Position numbers and translations under genes: made by a program
Part shown: positions 23,577-38,500 of the stretch, piece after piece
How positions within the stretch are numbered: the stretch's first letter is position 1
Layout of the letters: every line of letters starts with the position of its first letter
Origin: Balanoglossus misakiensis
Lineage: Eukaryota; Animalia; Hemichordata
Direction of reading: 5' to 3'
DNA length: 64,000 bases
Assembly (NCBI GenBank): GCA_040954595.2
Contig: CM082592.2
Span: forward strand, 1,488,001-1,552,000
Notes under the pieces: model-generated
Told to the model about the DNA's origin: nothing
Databases searched by the model: none
Seen by the model: only the letters and a program-made list of their open reading frames with translations

Positions 23577-26500
23577 ATGACTTGCCTGAGAAGCTGTAAG
23601 ATGTTACAAGAATGTCGTGAAATACCTTTGAAGTTAACGCTCATCGCTACATTCGTCATGCTGTCGGTGACATTACTGCAGCAAGCAGGTAAGACATTTT
23701 AATTCCTCAAAACAGGAGCACAAGAATCTTATTATTTTGTGATTGTTTAAAATGATTGTCATAAGAATAACGATTTGATTTCCAGGTTGCGTCACCTACC
23801 ACGTTTTCGAGCCGATGGATCACCCTTCTGCCTACAATTTTTGTGAGCGATTAGGTCTTCGCCTTGTTAAAGATGACAGCGAAGAAAAACACACAGCTAT
23901 AGTAAACAATTTAGAAGAACGAGGCATGCTAAGCGAGTCATACTGGATAGATGCTCGACTGATTGACAGGGGAAGCGTAGTCACAAGAGACGGGGACATT
24001 TTGACTCACAAGCCCAGGGGTACAGATTTTTCACAGAATAATGGAGAGTGTATCATACTGTTGTGAGTTAAGCGTTTTGAAACTATATTCAAATATGAAG
24101 AAATGTGTGTTTTTGTGATAATTATAATACTGCTAAACTTGAAGCAATCATTGTGTGTCATGTGCAAAAGCTGACAATGGAAAATCAGTAGGGACAAAGT
24201 TGATTGCCAATTTAAAGATATGCAGATGTTACAATGGACAATATCTTCGGATCACAATTATATCTCTTTTGTAATTGCGTACACATGACTCCTTTTTATG
24301 GAAAATTTCAATCGGAAACTGTGAGATATGGCCAGATTTGTCTCGTCGTTTACCGTTAAACACCAAACTTTCTCTGCAAAATGTGGTACAACAATCTAAC
24401 TCCGAGTTATTTATGTTTCTGCCAATTTAAGATCATGTAGACTTTATTCTCCACTGTCTTTCGATCTTAGTCAACCGTTAAGGAGAAATGCAGAAAACGT
24501 TTTGCAGTATATATTATGAAAGGTGAACGGGTTGACTGGCGTTAATGTGCGACGATAAAATATACTTACTTGAAGTTTTAATTCCCAGATTTGGCACATG
24601 GAACACTCTAAATTGCGCCTACAGTATGGCAGTTGTATGTGAAAATGCTAGTAAGTTATTTTTGCCTCTTAGTCTACCTTATGACTGATCTACCTTATCC
24701 TGTTTGGTTCAAGTCGAAAGAAATGTTGTTGCAGTTTGCATCTTTAATTAGGTGACACAATCACCTCATTTAATTGTCAAAACATGTATTTGCTTTGTTT
24801 TCAGAATACTAGATATTTATCGGTGTATTTCGCCGTTTCCTTGAATACAGACGTAAAATAAAAGCTTAATTAGAGACCCCAAATCAAAATAGACATTAAT
24901 TTTATTTTGAAGGAAACAAATTGTGTTTTTATCTCTTTTGTAGCTTCTTTCGACTTAACTAACACACTCAAGAAGAGTATGGAGGATGCATACCAGCTAT
25001 GTGAGAAGTTGGGGTTACGTCTTCTAACCGACACAACTGAATGGAAATATGCACAGTACTGTGGATACGCTTCAGGGTCGACATACTTCTGGATTGATGC
25101 TAACATCACAGCAGATGGCAATGTCAAGACAGCCAGCGGTTTAATATTGGAACACACGCCTTTTGCGGCCAAACAGGCTTTTGAAGTCGGATTGTGTATT
25201 CGTGTAGTGTGAGTCGCTCTTTGTCCCTGTCATAGGCGTTGGAACTTGCGAGATTACATTGGAGAAATAATGACAGTTAAATGTGTGTATGCTTGTTGCA
25301 ACACGTGTTTCTTATCTTAAAGGTTACAATCAGTATTTTGCACTATTTCTGGTATTTTGTCAACTTAATCTGCCATATCGTCTGAATTGCAAAGCACAAT
25401 TTGAGCATGATACTTTACAGCTAACGCTGATTGCATTACAATTTCAACATGTGCCTTACAATATGAAAGACAGTGGATGTAAGAAAGTAATCGGAACCCT
25501 GCCAATGTGAAGATTGAGTTTTTATATTGAACGATTTTGGAAAACTAAGCCAGGGTATGCTTCGTGAATAATGATTTTATTCAAATAACGCAAAATGTGG
25601 CCTTATGACCAGCCCGCATTCTGTAGAGATCACTATTGACATTGTACAGCAATCATTGTACAAGTCTTAAACAATACTTTGTTATACAGATGTGGCATAA
25701 TTGGTAAAGGTAGTTGGTTCACTGGAGACTGCAGTGAAGGTCAAAGGTTTATTTGCGAGGATAAAAGTAAGTAGTTGTGACATCAGCCTTTCCTGCATAT
25801 ATTTTCATGATTCGAGCGTTTGATCTCGCGATGACTTTTGTATGAGATTATTTTTAACGATTTCATTAAGTATACACAGATAAAGAAATGCATGACATTG
25901 CAATTATTTATGACTGTCTTGACATGAAATGGAATTAATTAGTATTAAACGTGTTGCTTCCGGTAAACAGATAAATTAAACAAAAGGTGGCTTAGATCAA
26001 CACAGTGTTTGTGTCATAACCAGTGGGGATTATGTATAAAACATATCTTGGACAAAATTAATGAAATAAATCGGCATATTGACTTCTCTTTAGTGCATAT
26101 TTGATATGTGTTGAATGCGTAGCCTTTCATGCATTGTCTTCGCCAATGGATAATGCTAAAGTGTGGATTCTCAGAGGAGAACCTAGACTTGCTCCAAGTC
26201 TATGGGCTTCATTATGTGTAGGGAACGCTACCCGAAACCACAAGCTCAGTCCCAAATTCGAAACTCACCTCACTACCAAAAACACGCTCAAGGCAAGCAT
26301 GCACGCAAAAATTATTGCAATTATTTATTAAGACAAAAAACCACCGAAAACACAAAAAGTATTGAGATTTAAAAACCACCAAGTGACTAGTGGGCTAGTC
26401 TAAGGACAACCCTGCTGAAGTGGGCTCCGAAGTAGATCGCTATATGGTCACATTTTATTACCCTTGAACTTTGCAAGTTCGAACTTAAGTAAACACACAA

Positions 26501-29500
26501 TAATTAATGCATATCATTTACAACATTCAGATAATGAGTTGCTTCTGCTGCGGGAGAGGTTGGTCAAGATAAGTGACGAAGAATTCAGAACAGCAGATGT
26601 GGTAAGAAAGGTGCCAATCATTTGAGATTGATGTAATGCACTGTAGTGTATAAAGCCACAAGTTAGCGAAATCCACTTAAGGTGGCATTGCATGAAAAGT
26701 TGTGATTTTTGCCAAATTTTACTTTTTTACATAAATCGGTAGGCCTGATACTGACCCACAACCTGACTAATACGTCTTGGCGGAAATGGTGCATAATCAC
26801 CCCAAAATAGCACTTTTCTGAATGAGTTCACAGCTTAACAAATAGGTGTCAACAATGCAAATAGCCGTTTTTCTCAGTTTGCATTTTCGCTGCTCTTGAC
26901 AACTTCGGACTAAAATAGCTTCGCCCTGCGTTGGCCGAATTTGCTCAAATTTTGACAGGGAATTGTGTATGACCCATCCAACAAAACGCTAGTTTTGTTT
27001 GTCGATAAAGTGTCCCTGGCGGGAATAAACTCTGATTCAATACAACTCACCGTGAATTTGATCAAATTTTCTGAAAATCTAACTTTTAAACGCTGTTACT
27101 CCTCAATGGAAGCAGATAACGCAAAACAAAATTACCGTTTTTTTGCACGTGTACTCTAGTTTTGAATGACATATTAAGATGCATGATGCATGGTCAACTT
27201 TTTTACCTATTTTAAATTTCATGACATAATATCAAAAAATGGGTTTTTTCACCCAAAATCGCCACCATTTCCGGGGATCAATAATATTTGCAACTCAAAC
27301 AAAAGTTCAAAATCTCAGCTTCCAGAATATATATGGTTTATGGGGGTTTTAACTTTTTCTTTGATGAGAAATAGGCCTCTGAAAAAGTCTCGACGGTTTC
27401 ATGCAGTGCCACCTTAAACGTACTTTAAATGTCTTTATGGGATATGACTATTTTGTGACAACCACATACTAAATAGCTGTATTTTCTTTTGCCAGGGTAT
27501 TAGTGTAATTGACAAGGTGGACACTTTAACCTCCGACCTCTTAAATAAAAGTGTCATATTTGAAGGAAGAATTCTATTTGCAAAAGGTATTGTGATCTTT
27601 TTAATTTAAAACCACAATGAATCTGTGACGTCAATATTCATTTCAACACCGTCCACATTTAATATCATCCAATGATGTAAATATGATAATGGTATCATAC
27701 GCAGAAATGTAGAACCTTACAATCCTTAAGCGTATCGAATATGTGTCAACTATACTTCGTTTGTTTCAATGAATCATGCAGATAATTGGTGACCGTCAAA
27801 TATGTTATTCTCAGAAAAACTAAGCATTGGGCAATTCCAAAAGCTGATGGATACGAGAAATGAGACACACTTATTATCAACCGGCGTATGATGCAATAGC
27901 CGATGAGGAGTTTTAAATGTCAATAATTACATATTTCAGAAACACTGAATGTCATGCAAAAGGTGATAGACAGAATGCAGTCCCTAATTGACGCCAATCC
28001 GAGCGACAGGCTGAAACCCGGGCAGGCAAATCACCTGACAAAGATAACAACGAAAGTATTCCACCAGTTATCAATGTTTATACTGAACGAGGCTAATTAT
28101 GGACATGGACCAATCATGGTGAACACTTCTTCTCTTGTGCTGCATCTGGAAAAGAACTTTGCGCAGGACTTGTGCGACACCAATGTAATGATTGGAGATG
28201 GAAGTGGATTCAATATTCCACCAGCAGACAGTATGTTTCCACAATTGTCGCAGGACACAGTCTTGAACGTGATGGTTCGTATACAACGTCTATAATCAGA
28301 AAAAAAATATTTCATTTTCCATCATACACTGCTTTATACTTCTATATTGATATTTGTATACTATTGGTCGTTAGGACTTTTCCGCCAGTAAACTATAATG
28401 TGACGTCCCAGTGATCTTGCTATCATTAATGGAATGAACTGTAGGCTGATATTTGTGTTGAGTCAATGCATCCGTTGCAATTTTTTATACAAAGTTAGCC
28501 CATACTATATTTTAATGATGATCTTTGGTTTTATGTACAGTATCTGTTGTTGTCATCTCGTGTCATTATGCTCAAGAATAATTACAGTATTTTTTTGCCT
28601 TTAGATTTTCCGATTCGGTGGGAACCCGCACAGATTGGCAAATAGGACACATGGCTTCACTACCGAAATACTGACCTTGGAATTCAGAGATGAAGATGGT
28701 AATGAGATTAAAGGTTGGTTTTCATTAAGGCCAAAAGTGGCATCCTAACATTCGTATGGAACTCACAAAAATACTTGAAATGTTTGGGGGAAAGAAGTTG
28801 CCTCTCTGGAACGCCTTGGGTTATTGATTTGGGCAAGGAGCATGTCCTGTGTCACCATTGTCGTAACGAAGCACCATTTAAACTGGAAAAGGCGAATTCC
28901 TTCTTTAAAACAACTTTACCTAGAAACTAAGCAACATATTTGTATAAACATACTCGCTAGCGTTTTCATCTTGGAGGGCGTAACTAGATTAATGACCAAT
29001 CTGTGAATATACTTTTGAATCAGTTTGAGTTATAACATAACATTTTTATTTTCAGTGAAAAATGCATCAGAGGATCTCGGTGTATGGCTTGGTAATTATC
29101 AGACACCTATAAATGAAAGCATCGTTAGGGGATTATACGTGGAAAGTGAAGGAGTCACTAACTATGCATTGACAGTAACGGTAATCTTCACATACTATAT
29201 GAAATTCACTTATCATTACATGTTTTCTGATCTAGTCTTTAACATAACCATTTGATCAACGGGGCAAAACTCAAACATGAGTATTAATGGTATTGGTGTT
29301 ATTTCAAACATAGTGTTATCTGTTACCTCACAAATTTCATTATGTGAAGTTTATCATGCGTCGATTTCTCATTATTTTCGTTGCAGGCGCTATCGGCCTA
29401 CTCTGCATTTCAAATAATCCTGGAAGCATCAGCGCCTGTCTTCGAGACTACTACAGCATACATCTCACTGGAAAGACTTGACGCCGTCGGTGGCTACAGT

Positions 29501-30652
29501 GGTTTCCATTATGTAACTGAGTTGGTATTTGCAGGGTGTACAGCATCCATATTTCTACCAGAAGCAAAGATCACCAGGACGGGCTTGTATTACATATTCT
29601 TTGACCTTACCAGTGGTAAGATTGTGGTATTTACATAATTAATACAACTATTGCACAATGATTGTTGATTGCAACACATAGTTGTGTTTTCTTTTTTTTT
29701 TTTTTGCTGTTTATGCTTCTTTTTAATTTCAAAAACGTCAGAAAGTTATACTACGATCTTGAGGTTTTAATATAGCGTTCCCAATTTTCTAATTTTACTA
29801 TCGAGCTTAGATGGGTCCATCTAAATATGCTTACTGATGTTTATCTAAATATGCTTACTGATTGTTATACATTTACTTCTTGTCGATGCCCAATAGTGAT
29901 TGTACGTTGCACTTTGATCAAGTGATAGATTAAACGGGCGCTCAACCCGTTTAATCGGCCTCCATACAAAGGTGTACACAAAACACGTGGTATGCGTTCT
30001 GTATTTCTTTTACCTATAGCAATATAATACAAAAGTTTATGAATTTCATTTTTTGGGTGCACACTACCTTACAAATATCCAGTTGGTTTTATATGGAATA
30101 TGTTGATGTAACCGAAGTTCTGTGTATATTTTTCCCTACAGCCCATGGGGTTGACATCACTGTTCTCACTACTCAACACAGATGTAGCTACTTTGATGAG
30201 ACTAACTGGCAAAATGATGGTTGTAAGGTATACAAATTAATTTCTTCTACATTTTGCAAAAGTTGAAATGCTCCATGTACTTGCGATTGATGAAATTTAA
30301 GACAAGTGGCAATCAGTGCGATTTCAGTGGGTACTGTGGATAAATATGCAACAAAAACTTAAAATGCAGAACAAGGTACTGCACCTTACAATTAATACTG
30401 ACATATGGAAAATACCGTAAACGTACAAAATGCACTGATTCACGTGGGGCGCTTTTCCTTGTTTAAATTAACGCTGGGATGTGAACCAGGTGTTTGATCT
30501 TGTTTCACTTGCAAAAGAAACGCCTAATGCTTTGTCATCACGTTTTTTTTCTGCTTGATATCTTGCAGGTGTCACCAAAATCCGACTTCAATTCTACCCT
30601 TTGTCTGTGTAATCACCTGACTGTTTTCAGTGCAATGGTGGGATTTGTTTAA
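23577..30652 (+). CDS. Signal peptide + two C-type lectin domains + GAIN/GPS protein (polycystin-1-like/adhesion-receptor ectodomain), copy 1; 13 exons, ~640 aa
   Basis: Phase-consistent GT-AG exons: 23577-23688, 23786-24062, 24589-24650, 24944-25208, 25690-25766, 26531-26601, 27496-27586, 27940-28274, 28605-28713, 29056-29180, 29387-29615, 30142-30227, 30569-30652. CTL motifs A..FC...GLRL / WIDA / C..W...C...VCE. GPS motif CSYFDETNWQNDGC..TLCLCNHLTVF. Confidence 0.8.
26681..27413. mobile_element. Non-autonomous Kolobok-type DNA transposon in intron 6 of copy 1
   Basis: TTAA TSD and 17-bp TIR GGTGGCA(T/C)TGCATGAAA. Absent from the paralogous intron of copy 2 (cacttaagcg at ~35384). A related fragment lies at ~57797-57953. 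Confidence 0.85.
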
Positions 30653-32568
30653 TCTGATGGACGATTCCACGTTTAGCACAGGGGCCTCCGTGTGGTCTAC
30701 AGAAGTGATAAAATAAGCTTTTGGGACGAGTTCTAAACAAATGTTTACAATTCAAAATGTTATAGTGTTTTTTTAAACTTTATGAAGCAAGAAGTGTTCA
30801 TTTAGCCTTTTTGGAAATCGAGTTTTGTTGACAATGCATTAAATGTGAAAGGCATAGGTGTACGTTTAGCTAGAGGTGCCAACAAACTTGTCTGAAAGAG
30901 CAGCGTTTTGATGAGAGTTAGATGTGTCGTTAAAAAGAATTTCTATTGCGTGCGTCTATAATTGATTTTGTTCATATAGTACGATGATATTTATACATTT
31001 CTTTGTAATCTGCCAGTATTGGATATATACATGTATACATGGATCAATATTTCTGTTTTGTAATGACCAGTACTGTCACTTGCCATTGTAATAACCCGTA
31101 ATTGTACTTGTCATTAATTGGTGGAGTTCTAGTTTTCTGTAATTGAAATAGTTTTTATAGTGTTTGACTTGTATTGCTCTGGTTTATTCTGGTTGCCATT
31201 ACAGCGTACACTTACTGTGCGCTTTGTATGTATTGCGCCTTCTCCCAGAATCAAATTACGTGTATACATTGATCAATATTTCTGTTTTGTTAGTAATAAC
31301 CAATACTGTCACTTGCCATTGTAATAACCCGTAAGTGTACTTGTCATTAATTGATGGAGTTATAGTATTCTGTAATTGAAATAGTTTTTTATATGTGTTT
31401 GACTTGGATTGCTCTGGATTATTCTGGTTGACATTAAAGCGTACACTCACTAATATGTATGTGTTGCCCTTTTTTCCCCCACGAATAAACGGACAATTAA
31501 TTGATGAAGTCCTCTTCCGCCATTTCCACCAGTTTTTGATAAAAAAACAGCAACAACTGCGCCAGTTGTGCATATTTTCTCCTGAATAACTGTACTAAAA
31601 CGTAAGAAGAGGGGGGGGGGGTGTATGTCGTATTTGGGTAAATTTTGCAGATACTTTTGTATACCATATGTGCTGAATTCATACTCGCATATGTCCTCAG
31701 CAACATATCCCGCAGCAGAAGTAAGTCGATATCTGAATAATTCAATTGTTAAATGCAGACGACATGAGAGGCCGTATAATATTACGAATTGTTTTTCTAG
31801 AACTACAGAATTTGAGAATAAAAGTGTGACCATATATAAATAAATTAAAGCCACTCTCTTAAGATCTAATCCAGGGGCCCTTACCGGAGGGTTTACCTCT
31901 GGGAATCCGTATTGTAGCATTATTATTGACGTGGACAATGCACGAAGAGCAAGGAATTAAATATATATCACATGTACACTCAAGAGAAATGTATATTTGC
32001 AGGACAATAAATCGAAATTCCATTAGTTGGGTGAAACAGTTGAGGAATTACGTGTTAAGTTGATATTTAAACGTAATTTCTTGAGTTTAACAATAGACAA
32101 GGGAAACTTGTCATTCGATATTTGCAATACTGTTTTCAAACTTAATTTCCGACGAGTTTTAATTGTTCAAACATGCACCCCTTTACATTTTTCATTGTGC
32201 CCTTTCAGCAGGTAACGTGTGTACATGCACAAAGACTATCTTCTTGTTATCTCGAGGGTAGTGGCAATTGACGCAGTAACGTTCCAGTTGGTTGGTCCTA
32301 ACAACCCCTAGGATGTATCTGATGACAAAAAAAAATCAGCAGTTGAAGTGTGTACATGCACAGAGACTCTCACCTTGTTGTCTTGAGAAAGGTGTAGGGG
32401 TGGGGCAATTGACGAAGCAGCGCTCCAGTTTCAAACAACCCCAAGGCATAGCGTCTCCATGGTGCCTTGCTCTCTCTACCAATAGTTACAATTCTTTGCA
32501 AAACACGCATAACTTATCAAGCTTTTAATATACAGGTTGATCGCAGATTAGCCGCACAACTCGCAACC

Positions 32569-35500
32569 ATGACTGGCCTGAGAAGCTGTAAAATGGTGCG
32601 AGATTGTCGTGAAATACCCTTAAAGTTAACGCTCATCGCTACATTCGTCATGCTGTCGGTGACATTACTGCAGCAAGCAGGTAAGACATTTTAATTCCTC
32701 AAAACAGGAGCACAAGAATCCTATTATTTTGTGATCGTTTAAACTGACTGTCATGAGAATAACGATTTTATTTCCAGGTTGCGTCACCTACCACGTTTTC
32801 GGGCCGATGGATCACCCTTCTGCCTACATTTTTTGTGAGCGATTAGGTCTTCGTCTTGTTAAAGATGACAGCGAAGAAAAACACGCAGCTATAGTAAACA
32901 GTTTAAAAGAACGCGGCATTTTACAGAATTTATTCTGGATAGATGCTCGACTGATTGACAACGGAAGCGTAGTCACAAGAGGCGGGGAATTTTTGACTCA
33001 CAAGCCCTGGATGACAGATTTTTCAGAAAATGATGGAGAGTGTCTCGCAATGGCGTGAGTTGAGCGTTTTGAAACTATATTATAATATGCAAAACTGTGT
33101 GTTGTTTGTACTCATAATAATACAACTAAACTTGAAACAATCATTGTGTGTCATGTGCAGAAGCTGACAATGGAAAATCAGTAGGGACAAAGTTGATTGC
33201 CCATGTAAAGATATGCAAATGTTACAAGAGACAATATCTTCGGATCACAAAGTTATATATTTTGTAATTGCAAACACATGACTCCTTTTTATGGAAAATT
33301 TCAATCGGAAACTGTGAGATATGGCCAGATTTGTCTCGTCGTTTACCGTTAAACACCAAACTTTCTCAGCAAAATGTGGTACAACAATCTAACTTCGATT
33401 TATTTATGTTTCTGCCAATTTAAGATCATGTAGACTTTATTCTCCATTGTTTTTTCGATCTTAGTCAACCGTCAAGGAGAAATGCAGAAAACGTTTTGCA
33501 GTATATATTATGAAAGGTGTACAGGTTGACTGGCGTTAATGTGCGACGATAAAATATACTTACTTGAAGTTTTCATTTCCAGATTAGGCAAATGGAAAAA
33601 TAAAGATTGTGGTAACAGCGTTGATGTGTCAGCTTTATGTGAAAATGCGAGTAAGTTATATTTTACTTAATTCTTTGCCACTTGGTGTACTTTATGACTG
33701 ATCTACCCGGTTTGTTCAGGTCGAAAGAAATATTGTTGTTTTTTATGTATTTATAACAGTTTGCATCTTAATTAGGTGACACAATCACCTCATTTAATTG
33801 TCAAAACATGTATTTGGTTCATTTTTAGAATACTAGATAATTTTCGGTGTATTTCGCCGTTTTCCTTGAATACAGACGTAAAATAAAAGCTTAATTAGAG
33901 ACCCAAAATCAAAATAGACATTATTTTAATTTTAAAAGAAACAAATTGTGTTTTTTATCTCTTTTGTAGCTTCTTTCGACTTAACTAACACACTTAAGAA
34001 GAGTATGGTGGATGCATACCAGGTATGTGAGAAGTTTGGGTTACGTCTTTTAACCGACACAACTGAATGGAAATATGGACTGTACTGTGGATCCATTAAA
34101 ACGTGGAGTAACGCATGGATTGATGCTATCATCGCGGCAGATGGCAATGTCAAGACAGCCAGCGGTTTAATATTGGAACACACGCCTTTTGCGGCCAACC
34201 AGGCTTTTGAAGTCGGATTGTGTATTCGTGTAGTGTGAGTCGTTCTTTGTCCCTGTCATAGGCGTTGGAACTTGCGAGATTACATTGGAGAAATAATGGC
34301 AGTTAAATGTGTGTATGCTTGTTGCAAGACGTGTTTCTTATCTTAAAGGTTACAATCAGTATTTTGCACTATTTCTGGTATTTTGTCAACTTAATCTGCC
34401 ATATCGTCTGAATTGCAAAGCACAATTTGAGCATGATACTTTACAGCTAACGCTGATTGCATTACAATTCCAACATGTGCCTTACAACATGAAAGACAGT
34501 GAATGTAAGAAAGTAATCGGAACCCTGCCCATGTCAAGATTGAGTTTTTATATTGAACGATTTTGGAAAACTAAGCCAGGGTATGCTTCATGAATAATGA
34601 TTTTATTTAAATAACGCAAAATGTGGCCTTATGACCAACCCGCTTTCTATAGAAAACATTATTGACACTGTACAGTATTCATTGTACAAGTCTTACTGCA
34701 GAATTCAAAATAGCTGCAACAACCGCCAAACTAGAAACACCGTATTTCTTTGATACTCTTTGTCTACTCAATTGTGACCTTGTTACTATTTTAGAGATAA
34801 CGCCTTGTTGGCATCAAAGAAATACGGTGTTTCTAGTTTGGCGGTTGTTGCAGCTATTTTGAATTGTGTGGTAAACAATCCTTTGTTATACAGATGTGCC
34901 ATTGATATTAAACTTACATGGTACACTGTAGACTGCAATGAACGTCAAAGGGTTATTTGTGAGGATAAAAGTAAGTATTTGAGACATTTTATCTCGCGAT
35001 TACTTCTGTATGAGATTATGTTTACCGATTTCATTAGTATACACAGATAAAGGAATGCATGACATTGAAATTATTTGACATGAAAGAAGGTTGTTGACAA
35101 CAATGTAAAGATGTCACCTGAAAATGTTATATAATCATGTACTATTTTGAAGTCACGAATGCCTTCTAAGTTTTATAAATACAACACATAATATTTTGGC
35201 ACCTCTCACATCATCTGTCTTTTACATTTGCAACATCCAGATGATGACTTACTTCTGATGCGGGAGAGGTTGGTCAAGATAAGTGACGATGAATTCAGAA
35301 CAGCAGATGTGGTAAGAAAGGTGTCAATCATTTGAGATTGATGTAATGCACTGTATTGTATGAAGCCACAAGTTAGCGAAATACACTTAAGCGTTCATTA
35401 AAGGTCTTTATGATGGGATATGAATATGTTGTGACAACTAAAGCAACATACTAAATAATTCCACGAAGCTATAAAGCGAAATAAAAATAATTGCATATAT

Positions 35501-38500
35501 TCTTTTTCCAGGGTGTTAGTGTAATTGAAAAGTTAGCCACTTTAACCTCTGACCTTTCAAATAAAAGTGTCATATTTGAAGGAAGAATTCTATTTACAAA
35601 AGGTATTGTGATCTTTTTTATTTAAAACCACGATGTGCCTGTGACGTCAGTAAGCATTTCAACACCGTCCATATTAAATATCAGCCAATGATATAAATAC
35701 GATGATGGTATCATACGCAGAAATGTAGAACCTTACAATCCGTAAGCGTATGGTGACCGTCAAATATGTCATTTTCAGAAAAACTGAGCTCTAGACTATT
35801 GAAAAAGCTGATGGATACGAGAAAAGAGACATACTTATTATCAAGCGGCGTATGATGCAATAGCGGATGCAGACCGATAGAGTGAGAAAGTTTTAAATGT
35901 CAATAATTATATATTTCAGAAACACTGAATGTCATGCAAAAGGTGATAGACAGAATGCAGTCCCTAATTGACGCCAATCCGAGCGACAGGCTGAAACCCG
36001 GGCAGGCAAATCACCTGACAAAGATAACAACGAAAGTATTCGACCATTTATCGATGTTTATACTGAACGAGGCTATTTGTGGACATGGAGCAATCATCGT
36101 GAACACTTCTTCTCTTGTGCTGCATCTGAAAAAGAACTTTGTGCAGGACTTGAGCAACGTCACCATTATGATTGGAGATGGAAGTGGATTTAGTATTCCA
36201 CCAGCAGATATTATGTTTCCACAATTGTCGCAGGACACAGCCTTGAACAGGATGGTTTGTATACAACGTCTATAATCAGAAGAAAAATATTTCATTTTCC
36301 ATCATATACTGCTCTATACTTGTATATTGATATTTGTATACCATTGGTCTTTAGGACTCTGCCGCCAGTAAACTATAATGTGACGTCCCAGTGATCTTGC
36401 TATCATTAATGGAATGAACTGTAGGCTGATATTTGTTTTGAGTCAATGCATCCGTTGCAATTGTTTTTTTTTTTTTTACAAAATTAGCCCATACTATATT
36501 TTAATGATGATCTTTGGTTTTATGTACAATATCTGTTGTTGTCATCTTGTGTCATTATGCTCAAGAATAATAAGTATTTTTTTGCCTTTAGATTTTCCGA
36601 TTCGGTGGGAATCCCCACAGATTGGCAAATAGGACACATGGCTTCACTACCGATATACTGACCTTGGAATTCAGAGATGAAGATGGTAATGAGATTAAAG
36701 GTTGGTTTTCATTAAGGCCAAAAGTGGCATCCTAACATTCTTAGGGAACTCACAACAATACTTGAAATGTTCAGGGGAAAGAAGTTGCCTCTCTGGAACG
36801 CCTTGTCTTAAGGGGTTATTGATTGGGAATGGAGGATGTCCTATGTCACCATTGTCGTAACGAAGCACCATTTAAACTGGAAACGGCGAATTCCTTCTTT
36901 AAAACAACTTTACCGAGAAACCCAGCAACATACTTGTATACAAATACTCGCTCACAATTTCATCTTTCATATGGTATATATAATCAATTATTGAGAACTA
37001 CCGTATAATCATTGTACAAGTTAACGTCACACCAGAAAGCCAGCGATATAAAAATACTCGATCACATTTTCATCATTGATGGCGTAACTAGATTAATGAC
37101 CAATTTGTGAATTTACTTTTGAAATTACTTTGAATTATAACATAACATTTTTATTTTCAGTGAAAAATGCATCAGAGGATCTCGGTGTATGGCTTGGTAA
37201 TTATCAGACACCTATAAATGAAAGCATCGTTAGGGGATTATACGTGGAAAGGGAAGGAGTCACTCACTATGCATTGACAGTAACGGTAATCTTTTACATA
37301 ATATATGAAATTCACTGATCATTACATGTTTTCTGATCTAGTCTTTAACATAACCATTTGATCAATGGGGCAAAATTCAAACATGAGTATAAATGGCATC
37401 GGTGCCATTTCAAACACAGTGTTATCCTTTACCTCATAAATTTCCTTATGTTAATTTTATCTCAATTTCTCGTTGTAGGCGCTATCGGCCTATTCTGCAT
37501 TTCAAATCATCCTGGAAGCATCAGCGCCTGTCTTCGAGACTACTACAGCATACATGTCAATGGAAAGACTTGACGCCGTTGGTATCTACGGTGGTTCCCA
37601 TTATGTAACTGAGTTGGTATTTGCAGGGTGTACAGCATCCATATTTCTACCAGAAGCAAAGATCACCAGGACAGGCTTGTATTACATAATGTTTGATCTT
37701 ACCAGTGGTAAGTTATGTTTTGGGATGTTGGTGTTTATGATGCTGTCAAATTGAAAAATCAACATGTATATACACTAAGTAATGCCACGATTACGCGATT
37801 TCATTAAAGCACAAAGAGTTGCCACTTTTTGCGTGATGATAGCGAGGTAATGTTATCGCCTCTTCTGTGTGGGTATATATCTATATATCTGTCTGTATGT
37901 ATGTCTGTCTGTCTGTCTATCGGTCTATCTATCTATCTGTCTGTCTGTCTGTCTGTCTGTCTGTCAGCGCGATATTTAAAAAAGGTTAATCAGAATATGG
38001 TCAGGTCTTATATGCAAATGGAAGAACTGATTACTTTTTGTGGGGGGCACATATTAAAGCGTCTAGAGCTGCCACTTTTGCATTATTTTTATGATTTTAT
38101 ATTCCAACTTAAATTGGTCCATCTAAATAAGCTTACTGATAGGTATACTTGAACATCTCATCAATGCCCAATTGTGGGTGTGTGTTGAAATTTGAGCACG
38201 CTTCATATTAAATGGATGCCGCACCCGTTTAATCAGCCTTATACACATGGTACACCACTGTTGTGGTATGCGTCGCCAAGAGTTGACAAACTGATGCAAA
38301 TACATGTGATATGACTTAATGGTGAAGATTGTAGAGGACAGAGAATAGATTTGAAGTGAAATTTTGCAGCTCAAGGGGCTTTCAGCTTGTAATATCCATT
38401 GCCATTATAAAGTATGTTAAAAGTTCTGGTGAAAATAGGGTGATTACTGGCTTGTTGTCATAAAATCACCAATTAAATGTTCCTCTGTTGGACTGACTCA

